Source: Saccostrea cucullata
Lineage: Eukaryota
Direction of reading: 5' to 3'
NCBI RefSeq assembly: GCF_032062105.1
Contig: NW_026934446.1
Location: forward strand, 1-60,309
Length of the DNA stretch: 60,309 nucleotides
Positions 12,601 to 24,832 of this stretch are shown here, piece by piece. Both the position numbers and the translations under genes were made by a program. Under the pieces are notes generated by a model. The model was given only the letters and a program-made list of their open reading frames with translations, was not told the DNA's origin and did not search any database. Every line of letters starts with the position of its first letter. The stretch's first letter is position 1.

Positions 12601-14900
12601 GGGACAATGACGGATGGACAGTGTTACATTCAGCTTGCTATGGTGGAAGTGTTGAAATTGTTTCTTTTCTTATAGAAAAAGGGATGGATTTTAATGCCAT
12701 GTCAAATGATACTAAGAGTATCCTACATAGAGCCTGTATCAATGGGAAGTTTGAAATTTGTGAGTACTTAGTTGAGAATTATCCCCATCTATTAGATGTC
12801 AAAGACAAATCTAGTGAGACAGTGTTGCATGATGCAGCCTGGGGAGGCAATGTTCAAATAGTAAAACTATTGATTGAGAAAAAGATGGACATCTATTCTG
12901 TACAGGGAGACGGTGAAACAATTTTACATCAATGCTCTCGTTCTGGTAAAATGGAGATGTGTGAATATTTGGTCAATCATATTCCAGATTTATTGGAGAT
13001 AAGGGACAATGACGGATGGACAGCGTTACAATCAGCTTGCAGGGGAGGGAGTGTTGAAATTGTTTTTTTTCTCATAGAAAAAGGGATGGACATTAATATC
13101 TTGTCAAATAATGGTAGAAGTATCCTGCATATAGCTTGTCTCAATGGGAAATTTGAAGTTTGTGAGTACTTAGTTGAGAATTATCCCCATCTGTTAGACG
13201 TCAAGGACAAATTTAGTGAGACAGTGTTGCATGATGCAGCCTGGGGAGGCAATGTTCAAATAGTAAAACTGTTGATTGAGAAAAAGATGGACATCAATGC
13301 CCTACAGGGAGATGGTGAAACAATTTTACATCAATGCTGTCGTTCTGGTAAAATGGAGATGTGTGAATATTTGGTCAATCATTTTCCAGATTTATTGGAG
13401 ATAAGAGACAATGACGGGTGGACAGCGTTACATTCAGCTTGTAAGGTAGGAAGTGTTGAAATTGTTTCTTTTCTTATAGAAAAAGGAATGGACATTAATA
13501 TCTTGTCAAATAATGGTAGAAGTATCCTGCATTTAGCTGGTTTCAATGGGAAATTTGAAGTTTGTGAGTACTTAGTTGAGAATTATCCCAACCTATTAGA
13601 CCTCAGAGACAAATCCAGTAACACAGTGTTGCATGATGCGGCCTGGGGAGGGAATGTTCAAATAGTAAAACTATTGATTGAGAAAAAGATGGACATCAAT
13701 GCCCTACAGGGAGATGGTGAAACAATTTTACATCAATGCTGTCGTTCTGGTAAAATGGAGATGTGTGAGTATTTGGTCAATCATTTTCCAGATTTATTGG
13801 AGATAAGGGACAATGACGGATGGACAGTGTTACATTCAGCTTGCTATGGTGGATGTGTTGAAATTGTTTCTTTTCTTATAAAAAAAGGAATGGATTTTAA
13901 TGCCATGTCAAATGATAGTAAGAGTATCCTACATAGAGCCTGTATCAATGGGAAGTTTGAAATTTGTGAGTACTTAGTTGTGAATTATCCCCATCTGTTA
14001 GATGTCAAGGACAAATATAGAAATACAGTGTTGCATGATGCAGCCTGGGGAGGCAATGTTCAAATAGTAAAACTATTGATTGAGAAAAAGATGGACATCA
14101 ATGCCCTACAGCGAGGTGGTGAAACAATTTTACATCAGTGCTGTCGATCTGGTAAAATGGAGATGTGTGAATATTTGGTCAATCATTTTCCAGAATTTTT
14201 GGAGATAAAGGACACTGAGGGGTGGACAGTGTTACATTCAGCTTGCAGTGGAGGAAGTGTAGAAATTGTGTCTTTTCTACTTGATAAAGGATTAGATACC
14301 AATGCTTTGTCAAATGATGGTCAAAGTATTCTTCATAGAGCTTGTCTCAAAGGGAAATTTGAAATTTGTGGGTACTTAGTGAAGAATCATCCCCATCTAT
14401 TAAATATTAGGGACAATTCTAGTAACTCAGTGTTGCATGATGCAGCACGGGGAGGCAATGTTCAAATAGTAGAATTATTAATTGAGAAAAAAATGAACAT
14501 CTTTTCCCGACAGGAAGACGGTGAAACAATTTTACATCAATGTTGTCGCTCTGGTAAAATAGAGATGTGTGAGTATCTGGTCAATCAGTTTTCTGAGTTA
14601 ATAAAGATCAGGGACAATAGAGGATGGACAGTGTTACATTCAGCTTGCAGTGGTGGAAGTTTAGATATAGTTTCTTTTCTATTGAAAAAAGGATTGGAAA
14701 TCAATGTTTTGTCAAATGTTGGTGAAAGTATATTGCATATTGCTGGTCTAAATGGTAAACATGATGTTTGTAGGTTTTTATCAACAAATCACTTAGAATT
14801 GTTAGCAGTAAAAGATAATCAAGGTAAATCAGTGATAGATACTGCCGCTGAACAAGGTGACATAGACCTAATTCATATTTTCGGAGAACGCCGCTTTTAG
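7140..14900 (+). CDS. NLR-like protein: DZIP3-type HEPN domain - nSTAND3-type NTPase - ankyrin repeats (copy 1, 1920 aa); join(7140..7767,7994..8032,8343..8366,9829..14900)
   Basis: All introns are GT..AG and phase 1, and the spliced length is 5763 nt in one open frame. HEPN-like motifs DLDISFLYLLLRN, GWG and ERIRLIRNQYYGH; Walker A GNPGTGKT; Walker B VVFIDNLFG; more than 30 TxLH.A..G ankyrin repeats. Micro-exons are conserved in copy 2. Confidence 0.88.
8720..9639 (+). mobile_element. Helentron/HINE-like non-autonomous element with internal satellite-like repeats (intron 3, copy 1)
   Basis: GTCTGTCCGTCTGT microsatellite-like 5' part, repeated AAATCATGAC..GGGGCCACAATG units, 3' end CAGGTGAGCGATGTGGCCCATGGGCCTCTTGT with a short palindrome. 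Confidence 0.7.
9829..14900 (+). CDS. Large terminal exon: STAND NTPase plus ankyrin array (copy 1)
   Basis: Acceptor ttttcAG at 9827-9828; uninterrupted ORF to TAG at 14900. Confidence 0.92.
11961..14774 (+). repeat. Seven tandem 402-bp (134-aa, four-ankyrin) coding super-repeats
   Basis: Anchor TACTTAGT recurs at 11961, 12363, 12765, 13167, 13569, 13971 and 14373 (period 402). Confidence 0.95.
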
Positions 14901-17742
14901 GAACCTTCTTAATTCTTCAGCAATTATGTATTTTCACGAAAGAAATGCTGAGAAAATTTAATGAAGAAACTCTTTCATAAAATAAAAAGGGTTAAAATTG
15001 ATAACACTTACATTAAAATGTGATTTACCCCTTGTATTCATGCAGGAAAAAGAAGAAATTAATATATTTTGAAATAGACGAAGATAGTGAACACTGATCA
15101 AATCCTTTATACAAAAAAAAAATTGAGAACATTTCACAAACAAAAATATCTGAAATCTTCAACGGTTAGACGAGATGTCTGGCTAGATGAGAAGTTTGAA
15201 ATATTGACAATTTGTATGTATCTTTATTTTTACACTCTAGAAATTCTGGAAAATTTTTAATGCTCAGTGTATTAATTTAGATCCAAAGAGTCTTATTAGA
15301 TTTTTTTTACATAGTTTCATTTTTAGATAGATCAACATTTATTATCTTTACCTTTTAATATATTACTTTGTTTTACGTCCAACAAAGATCTTTTTTATAC
15401 AAATATGGGATTCAAATTGTAAAATGTACGCAGGTTCTTCAAATGATTCAGTACCAAATCTGTCATCATTATGCTTTTTAAGAGAATTCAAAACCATAGG
15501 AGACTTGAAAAATGTTATGAAAATAAAGTGCTCCCGCTTAAAAAAAGGTGTCTTGTAACCAATGATTTCAAAATTATGTGTGATAATCATATTCTTGCAA
15601 ATAGTCTTTCATTTATTATGCCGTACAGTTTTTGAATGCTATTAACTAAGATTTTATTTGTTTATGTAAATAAGATAGTTAAAATAAACCGAATTGACAT
15701 TTATAGTTCAAATGATATGTTAAAATCATTTAGAGCTAAATTATCGTTGTATATTCGAAAACTTCATTTATAAGAATGTGAAGAGTGTATAACTTCCTTT
15801 ATAATTTTATTTCGTTAGTATTTGAAGTGATATAAGCATGATAGGGATTTAGTTATCTAGTTTATTTCTTATCAATTCATCGTCTTATTATATGTTTTAT
15901 TTCATTGTTGTGTCGCAATTTATTTCTTTGTGAAATGATGAAATTTTCATCAAAGGAATGGAAAAATTTGTTGATTTTGCATATAAGTTGATTAAATTGT
16001 TTCTTTGAACGATTGAATGTGCAGCTTATACATCTTTTTATGTTTAATTTTGAGTATCGTCTGAATATTACAATTGATTGTATGTCATATTTTGCCTTTA
16101 TATATGAACTATATGCGCGGGAAATTGAATTTATACATAGAACTTTACCATTTACAACAGAAAATTATATATTGTAGTTAGAAGTTGTAGATTTTACTGA
16201 CAGACTACAGACTTACAGAGAGAGAAAAACTTTGATCAATAGTCCGCATGAAAGATATATGTACGTCACCATTCCCACCCACTATTTGTGAAAACTTTAA
16301 AAATAAAAAAAATACTTTAATTGACGTTTATGTCTTCAAAAATTCATACAATGTTATGGATATGGCACTTAAAATGTTCTTATTTCATTTTCATGAAGGA
16401 TAAAAGCAACGAATATACATTATATACAAATAAATTAATTTTGGGCAATTGGGGGAAGGGTAAAAATTCGCAGGTACTTTAGTCATGGTTTATAATGATA
16501 TCTGTACCGTTATCGATACCTAAAAAGGCTGCCCCCTTTTTTTCCCCAGCAATACTTTTACTATCGGAAATGTTCAGTGAAAGGCAGGTTGCGCCCCCCC
16601 TTAATACTACAAGAAATTCATATCAGGGAAATGTAGTGTCGAATACCTAGAATTAGGTTCTGAATGAAATTGGTATAGGAGGAAGACTTTTTTAGAGAGG
16701 AAAAAGCTGAAATGTCTTTATGAAGCACACAAAAAATTAATAGCTATAATAAATTGTATTTGAACAATACCTTATTCGTAAGTTTTCTATCTTATTGAAC
16801 GCAATTAAGTTGATTACAAACTGTACGTCGGGTTCGTAGCCACGATGATCTCAGTACGGAAAATACAGTTTTTATCGATTAACTCAACAGAATAAGATAT
16901 ATGTACACTGCATATCTATTTTAGTCTTTCGATGTATTTTGATTTTTCATTTACTCGTCCTCAACTTATGATACCTATCTGTCGCCTTGTCATGAATTTA
17001 AATTGGATACACATACTAGCTAACGATTAACTGCCATGTACCAATTGTCTACTTATGTAATCCTTTTATCAATAAATTTTAGTGTTTTTCCCTGCAACAA
17101 TATGTTTCTGATAAATTCCAAGCATATTTTGCTTGTTTTAAAAACTATTGTTTTATTGTATTCTAATTAAATAACATAATTTGTTGTAAAACTATTTAAT
17201 CAATTAACCCGTTAAATACAATATTTATAATTAGTTCTTGATTAAAACAATATAGCAAAAGGGACTCGACGTTCTAGAAGCGTCCGTCAATATTGAGATC
17301 GGTGATTGACGAAAATAATTTACACTTTTCGCTTTTTAATTGGTTACCAAGATTTATTAAATCAAGTTTTGATTGATTAATTCAGTGATGACATTTTATG
17401 AAATAAATAAAAGATTGTTTGTTGTCAGTTTCATTAAAATTTGACAGTAGCTAAGATCCGCCAACCGGAAATGCCACAATTCTCACGTTGTGCTCTTTCA
17501 TGGCTATTTTCAGAAAATTGAAGTAGTAATTTTATGAACGATACTTACTATCCGAGTGAAATCTGAATATAGTTTATGGACATCATTTTGTATGTAGTGT
17601 AGTATTAGAGGGTAAGTAAGAACTCTTGTACACCCGTTTCGGAGTTTATTTGCAAAATTTATTAATTTATAAGTATAGATATGGAAAAGAACTGTGAATG
17701 TTCTCCCGCCTACCTCTAGGGAAATTTTTAAAAGTTAACATA

Positions 17743-18650
17743 CAATGGGTTATCAAAAAGTTCGTGGACTAAGGCTATAAAATTAGTACTTTATAGACTG
17801 TGCTTTCTAAATTTATATAGAACAGAAAACAACAAAAAATTAAGAAATTTTGAAAAATTTAGCCTGATACGTTCATTAATTGCCAAATTATTATAAAATG
17901 AAAAGGACATTATATGATCACCCGGCGCTGTCGCCGTTTATTTTCATGACATCCGATAACTTCATTGTTTTTTTTTTCAAAATCCGCTTATTCTACCTCA
18001 TGAACATTTTTGATGAGATTCCCTTGAGCTGAGTAAGGATAAAACCCGCCTTGTTTATATGATTTTACAATGCCATGAACAGTGGCCTTCAATGAGTGTA
18101 TACCCTTTCTCTCTGAATCTATTTCAACATAAAAAGAACAGTACTCTGGATGCATATTATTTCTCTCTAGCCAGTTTCAACATGTTTTAGGTCTATACCA
18201 GTTTTTCAGGGGCAAAACTTTATAGAATGTTGAAAACGGAAACCACGCCACCCCCCCCCCTTTTAACGTCATTTTCAAGGCCTCATTTGTTTGGACTTTC
18301 CGTGTAAAATTTACGATAAAATTTCATAGAAATTCCAGAATGAAATGAAAATTTCAAATTTTATAGAACAATTGTGTCCCAACACATAACTGAATTATCG
18401 GAAATTTCGGATGTCAAATGACCATCTCACAGGAGTTTCTCTCAGTTACACAGGTCGTTTTCGAGGTTGCACTGAATGGATATACCATTGTTTACAAAAC
18501 ATCACTGATTTATAAAAAATAAAATTCATGATTTATAGTTTATTCTTTAGATAGAAAAGATGATGCTAACGAGATATCTTAAAATTCATTGATGTACCTA
18601 AAGCAGTTTTAATTTATGACACTACTCCACGAACGTTTTGATATCCCTCG
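17743..18650. mobile_element. mariner-like non-autonomous element
   Basis: TA-flanked imperfect TIRs CAATGGGTTATCAAAAAGTTCGTGGA / TCCACGAACGTTTTGATATCCCTCG; absent at the paralogous site near 43390. Confidence 0.7.
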
Positions 18651-19111
18651 TATACCAATGATTTTAAATATTTATATCGATATTTTTATGAATTCTCATA
18701 AAAAATCAATTATTTAGGAGAGCAAAGAGAGTTAAATCCATGATTTTGGTAAATCTTGCGTTTTCAACCGTAATAGACTGCCATTTTTCAAACTCGTGCT
18801 GATGTATATTGTGTTTCAGGTGAAGGATGGGGCATTGGAGGTATAATTTTATAGACAAAAAACGAAAAAGAATTTTGTTATCAATTTAAAAGCGAATTAC
18901 AATTAAAACATTATACTTTATTAATATTTATGAGTTTAATTTAGAAGAGAAGATATAAGGAACATTTTATGTCATTAAAGACTATTATAGAAATATTACA
19001 TGTAGTTGAGTTTAAATTTGAAAATTTTCACCCCACGAAAACCATTGTAAACGGAGGCGTATTACATTTATACTGAATGTTTTATACAAATACAGATAAG
19101 AGATAACAATG

Positions 19112-19415
19112 ATTTTAATAAACGAGACTCTTGATTCTCTTGTTTCATCAATTTGTTTGTCAATAATTTACCTCGTTTTAGAAATTAGAAATTGCTCATA
19201 CATAGAGCATGTCCTTGCATATCGAATAAGCTGTGATATATACACTCCGTATGCAGGTGATAAAGGTATATTGCAGTATTAGTAAGGGAAGTTGACGATT
19301 GTAATGTTAAAGTTATCACATTTATCATAAAGTTCGGTTGTTAGATTACCATTAACGTTTTTTTTTTCAAGTAAAATATGTAGATAGGAAACAGATGTGT
19401 CAGATTCTGAGGTAT
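19112..19415 (-). mobile_element. Degraded PLE (Naiad-type) RT/thumb fragment
   Basis: Matches the PLE at 225-390 plus 3890-4025 (e.g. CCGTATGCAGGTGA, AGTAAGGGAAGTTGACGAT). Confidence 0.8.
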
Positions 19416-19854
19416 CTCTTTTTAGGCCCATGGTATCACATTGCACATCTCCAGAGAACCACTGCCATTATGAGAAACGAATTTTTAACCCCCTTAACTT
19501 TGCTTGAGACTTGCAAATCGGATTGATTAAAAATGCACAACTTATGAAAAACAGGATTCAATGCTGTTAGTCCCTTCAATATATCGCTTTAAAGAAAATA
19601 TAACTCAATTTTTTAATACAAATCTCAAAATTCTAGTTTAACGAAATCAAAACATCCTCGACACTTTGATTTTGCCAGACACTTTATATAATCTAAGAAC
19701 TATAAATGCATCTCAGATTTGTAGAGGTGAATTAATACTTCTTCAAAATTGCTTCAATTTATAATTTGATGTTTTAATTTGATGTTTTTGTTGCATGTTA
19801 AATATCAAAATCTAGAAAAACATCTGAAAGACGTGAAATATTGAATAATTTTTC

Positions 19855-20075
19855 TGCACACAAAGCTTTTGAGCTGTGAGGGACAGTTATCTTGCCACCG
19901 CCTGATGCGACTCAGGTTTTCGGTAATAAAGGTCCGACTGACCTGTTTCCTAAGTTATAATGCTGGGCGCTTGGAAAAAAAAAATAAATCACTATATCTT
20001 TGCTTATAATTTATATTAGGACTCGGTGCAGCAAATAACATTCGAACACTGGATGTCATATTGGAAAGCGAAACC
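19855..20075 (-). mobile_element. Degenerate SINE-like remnant (paralog at about 52250-52462)
   Basis: GAGCTGTGAGGG..TCTTGCCA..TTCGAAC (B-box-like on the minus strand) resembles bivalve tRNA-derived SINEs; recognised by eye only. Confidence 0.4.
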
Positions 20076-21344
20076 ATATTATTTGTCAACTGTAATTGAT
20101 AAATGATGATTTTGTAATTTGAATAATTTGTTCAATTCTTTGGTTTTGGGGTTAGGTTTAGTGGTCATTTAAAAACAATTTGACTAGTTCTTGGCATCAG
20201 ATTTCAAACAATCAATTGACGCCTATTTAGTTACCCTACCATATTAGAGCAAAAGTATCCACTATATGTAAATCTCTTCAGAGTATTTTTTTTCATTCTC
20301 TTTCATGAGTAGTGAATTTCAACTTTAAATAAGCATGATAATTCTGTAAAAATTCTAAATGTCAATTTCAAACATTGGGCATAATTTTCATGCAAAATTT
20401 TATAAAATCAACTTAAAACTTTCATTTGTTTTTAAGTGAATATAAATCATGAATCCTAACAATGAGGTTATACACAGCATCTAGTTGTAGAATGTAAATC
20501 ATAATGACCATGACACTTTTAATAGGTTTATTTATTTAAAGAAATATATGAAGCATAATTATATTTGATTAACTAAATCCGAACATAAAAACATATTATA
20601 AGAAGAATCATAGAAGATACGGTGGATTTATTCAGGAATAAAAAAAAAGATTTTAAATCTTTGGAATCATTAAATTTGTTGTTCATTGTCTTCTTCTTCT
20701 TTCTCTGAAAAAATCACCAAAAAATGCATTGTATTACTCAATCATTAATTTTGCTACAAATCTAAGCATAATATAAATATTGCATGTAGTTGAGTGTAAC
20801 ATTAAAAATTTTCACCCTAAGAAACCATTGTGAACCGAGGCGCAGTTTATATTTATTATGTTATACTGAATGTTTTTAATAAATACATATTACAGTGAAC
20901 CGTGCGCGCATAAATTCCGCACAGTCGCTATTTTTTGTAATACCACCCGTCGTCAAGCAGTGTTGACTGTTGCTATTCAGGAGGGCGTGGCTTCATTATT
21001 CTGCGGGTAGTAGTATTTTTCATTAAATGTTTCTCGACGAATCAGATTCAAGTAATTTACATGAAAGTATAATATTATGAAATAGTTGACCTGCAGTATA
21101 CAGGACTCATTGACATTGAAATTATGAAAGGTCTTATAATATTATGTCATATTAAACTTCAAATAAAAAAGTTTTATCCCATAAGCTATAGTTTCTTTTA
21201 ACGTAAGGAACATCGATGACCGAAAAGTCATTCAAGTTTCTAGACTGAAAAAAGTAATAATCCAGGAGCATCGATATTTTGAAAATTAAATGAAAAGTTA
21301 GATAAAAAGTTAAAGGAATTAAAGATTCAAAATATATACATGTA

Positions 21345-21570
21345 TATCGTATAAGTTGAAATTTTAGCGAGATGCAAATTTAGCGATTTGTCCTTAAAAT
21401 GTGGTATTTTATTTTTAGCGAAATGTACTTTTAGCGATTTTAAAAAGCTTTATAAAGAAGCAATCACAAAAAAGTGCAATTAATTTTAGCGATATTAAAT
21501 TGTAGCGATCCTGGCACCCTCGCTTATAATGTACAAATGAAATCATCGCTAAAAATCTGTTTATACGGTA
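21345..21570. mobile_element. MITE with TTTAGCGA internal repeats (paralog about 55002-55228)
   Basis: Termini TATCGTATAA / TTATACGGTA and repeated TTTAGCGA motifs; present in both duplicated units. Confidence 0.55.
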
Positions 21571-21795
21571 TAAACTTGTTAATAATTTTGCAAATTTTTG
21601 CTTTTTTCAGTGACAGGGTTAAGTACATTTCTGTTTTCAAACAATATATGTTTTTTTTTATATAAAGGATATCGATATCCATAAAACTATACAAAAAGGA
21701 GTAAAGCAAACAGGCATCTCCGAAACATCAGAGGTGGGATAAGTCATTAACATTATAGGCGACTGTATGTCAGATTTCCAGCCTACCTACATTAG

Positions 21796-22034
21796 ACACG
21801 TGATTACCTTTAACATAAGCACCGTCTACACACGTGATAACCTTTAACATAAACACAGTCTTCACACGTAATTACATTTAAAATAAACACCTCCTATACA
21901 CGTGATTAAGTTTAACATAAACACTGTCTACACTCGTAATTACCTTTAACACAAACACCACCTACACATGTGATTACCTTTAACATAAACACTGTCTACA
22001 CACCTGATTTCCTTTAACATAAACACCGCCTACA
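21796..22034. repeat. 34-bp minisatellite, about 7 degenerate copies
   Basis: Unit CCTACACACGTGATTACCTTTAACATAAACACCG. Confidence 0.9.
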
Positions 22035-22087
22035 GTGAGGATCGTCATACTTGATACAAGATGGATGACAGTCATGTCTCATCGGAG

Positions 22088-22275
22088 GACAGTACGCTAC
22101 AATGTACAACAAAATAAATCAAAAATGAGGACAATACGCTACAATGTAAAACAAAGATGGCAGTACGCTACAATGTAAAACAAAATAAACCAAACAAAAC
22201 GGACAAGACGCTACAATGTAAAACAAAGTAAAACAAAGAAGAAAAAACGAGTACAGTTCGCTGTTATGTAAAGCA
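22088..22275. repeat. Degenerate short tandem repeat (ACGCTACAATGTAAAACAAA)
   Basis: 4-5 visible copies; 2 copies at about 55960-56025. Confidence 0.75.
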
Positions 22276-23289
22276 AAAAAAAAGATCAAAGATATGCATT
22301 CAGTGTGAAATATTCCTAAATTTTCATACATTGACATAGAATTAAAGTCCATTTACAATTTTATCTTAATTTGATTAGGTCGGTCAACACCTTCTGGATC
22401 TTACCACTTCCGCTGCCGCTAATTCCAATCACGCGCCCGTTGCTGTAAACAGTTGATCCGCCACTGATTCCGTAAGGAGTCCCACCATGGCCTCCCCTGG
22501 ATCCACCACTTCCAACAGAACTGAACCCTGATCCGCCACTGATATAACCAGATCCACCCGTCAGTACATTCATGATAACACCACCTGAACTACCGCTAGA
22601 AGAACCTGAAAAATCAATCATAATATATATTATAATTATGTAAATAGATTTCAGACAGTTATATGCATTCCGTAAAATTATAATTTTTGGTTATTGCATG
22701 ATAGTCTTTGGCGTATTAAATATTAAAAAAACATTTTGAGAAAAAGCCAATGGATATATTTGTCTTCCTCTAGAACAAAACACTTGTTACTATGATATAC
22801 ATCCAACATTATGGGAATCACAAGTTGATACTAGATTTGAAAATTATCTAAATCATGCATTATTTCGTTTTGTTTTCAGTTTTCAGATTGTAAAGTCTGA
22901 GTAGCGATTTTAAGACCGATCCTTCACTATATCTTCACCTGACACGTGACCTGACCAGCACGTGTGACTGCTATGACACTTCTGTGTTTGAGTGACAACC
23001 ATGGTTTGTTTTTGTGGGCGTGGCCTGTCTACATATATCGGTATTCCGTTCTCCGTCGTGTCCGGTTTATGTATATATACTGTTTGTTTTTGTGGGCGTG
23101 GTCTGTCTACATATATCGGAATCCCATTTTCCGTCGACTCCGGCTTTTGTATATATACTTTCTGAGGTGTAGGTTTCTGGATGAAGTATGTATGAGGTTT
23201 CTCACATCCGTTACATTCCGTCTGTGTTCCTGGAGGAAAAAAAGTTAAGAGCAAATTTTTTCTTTTATTATTGAAAAGTGAGATTAATA

Positions 23290-23955
23290 TGTAAGACTCC
23301 AAAGTCCGATGGTGACGCCAAAGTCCGATGGTCTCTCCAAACCCTGATGGTCTGCGCCAAAGTGCGATGGCTCGTTTCCTATGAGACGCGCGACGCTAAA
23401 GTGCGATTGTCTGACACGCAAAAGTCCGATGGTGCGGAGGAACAATTAACGTTTATGACGTCACAATATTACGACGTCATGATGTTATTCTACATTCAAA
23501 ATCCACTGATTCAGTATTCGTCTCAGATACGTTTTTACGGATATTGCTTTTTGGAGTGATATGGGTTAGTACTTGAACAGTTAAGTGCTTCTTCGAGCAC
23601 AACCGAGAGATTTTAAGGTTAGTCCTCGCACACTATTGGGCTGATTTAGATTAGTCCTGCACACATCTATGTTAGATAGGTTAGAGTTGATACTCATTGT
23701 TCGACTGATAAGTCTTAGTTTTGCACCTACATCTACAATACGAGGGTTTATCTTTGTATTTATGATATTTTGTATTTATTGATTGGCATGACGAGGCATC
23801 GAATTTTTACGCAGTAATACTATGACGTCATAGACGTTAATTGTTTTCTGCGCCATCGGACTTTGGCTTGTCAAACCATCGGAGTTTGGCGCAGACCATC
23901 GCACTTTGGCGTGACCATCGGGCTTTGGAGTCCCATCGCACTTTGGAGTCCTACA
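23290..23955. mobile_element. Ginger-like non-autonomous DNA transposon in an intron
   Basis: TGT..ACA termini, TIR TGTA(A/G)GACTCCAAAGT(C/G)CGATGG, 4-bp TSD AATA (23286-23289, 23956-23959), subterminal CCAAAGTSCGATGG arrays; absent from the paralogous intron (57659-57763). Confidence 0.8.
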
Positions 23956-24438
23956 AATATAAAATATGTATTAGCATTTTTATATTTTAAGATTTACATA
24001 CCTGTGACATACAAAGTTTCCTGCTGTGAGCGTGGTCTAACCTATGAAACAATCTGAGGCTTAATGGGCTCACAGTCATGACATTCGTTCGTACTTGTGA
24101 CGTAAACAGTTTGTTTTTGTGGTCTTGGTTTTACGTAGGATACCATCTGTGGCGTGACGTCACAATCATGACACTCATTGTTACCACTGACATAAACAGT
24201 CTGCGTCTGAGGTCTAGGCTTTACATAGGACACCATTTGCGGGGTGACGTCACAATCAGTGCATTCAGTGCCTCCTGTGACGTAAACAGTTGTTTCAGGT
24301 GTTGGGGTCAGAAAATCAATATATTCACAGTTAATACATTGGTCTAAGATAAAATACAAAATTTCAAATTAGAAAAAATGTTGATTAGTCTGGAATAGAA
24401 TTACAACAGCTCAAATAAAAAAAATGATGTTATAATTA

Positions 24439-24832
24439 CAGTAAAACTCGCTTAGAACGAACACGGATATTGCAAATTTACGGATATAGCGAAGGTATCT
24501 TGGATCCCCAGCTATATAAATATAACGGATTCTTTATACGGATTTAATGCATTAGGGATATAGCTGTGTTTTTCTACAAAGCAATCTTTGAAATTGATTT
24601 GAAAACCATTTTCGTGTATATTCAGGCCTTGAAATATACACGGAGAAACGTGTGTTTACGTGACGTCACAATGAGACTGCAGCGACGTTGGTAAAATGCT
24701 AGCTCGCTTCATGAAATATGCATACGTGACATCTCTGTGTGATTTACACACCAATAACTCACACTAAACTTTAAAACATGCCTTACGTAATTTAACAGGT
24801 CTCGATGATTTCGTTATAACTGAGCTTTACTG
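24439..24832. mobile_element. Tc1/pogo-type MITE
   Basis: TA|CAGTAAAACTC...GAGCTTTACTG|TA; absent from the paralogous intron. Confidence 0.75.

Noticed and set aside
21474-21709. Short ORFs repeated at 55131-55366
   Set aside because: They overlap a MITE; similarity reflects the segmental duplication, not coding constraint.
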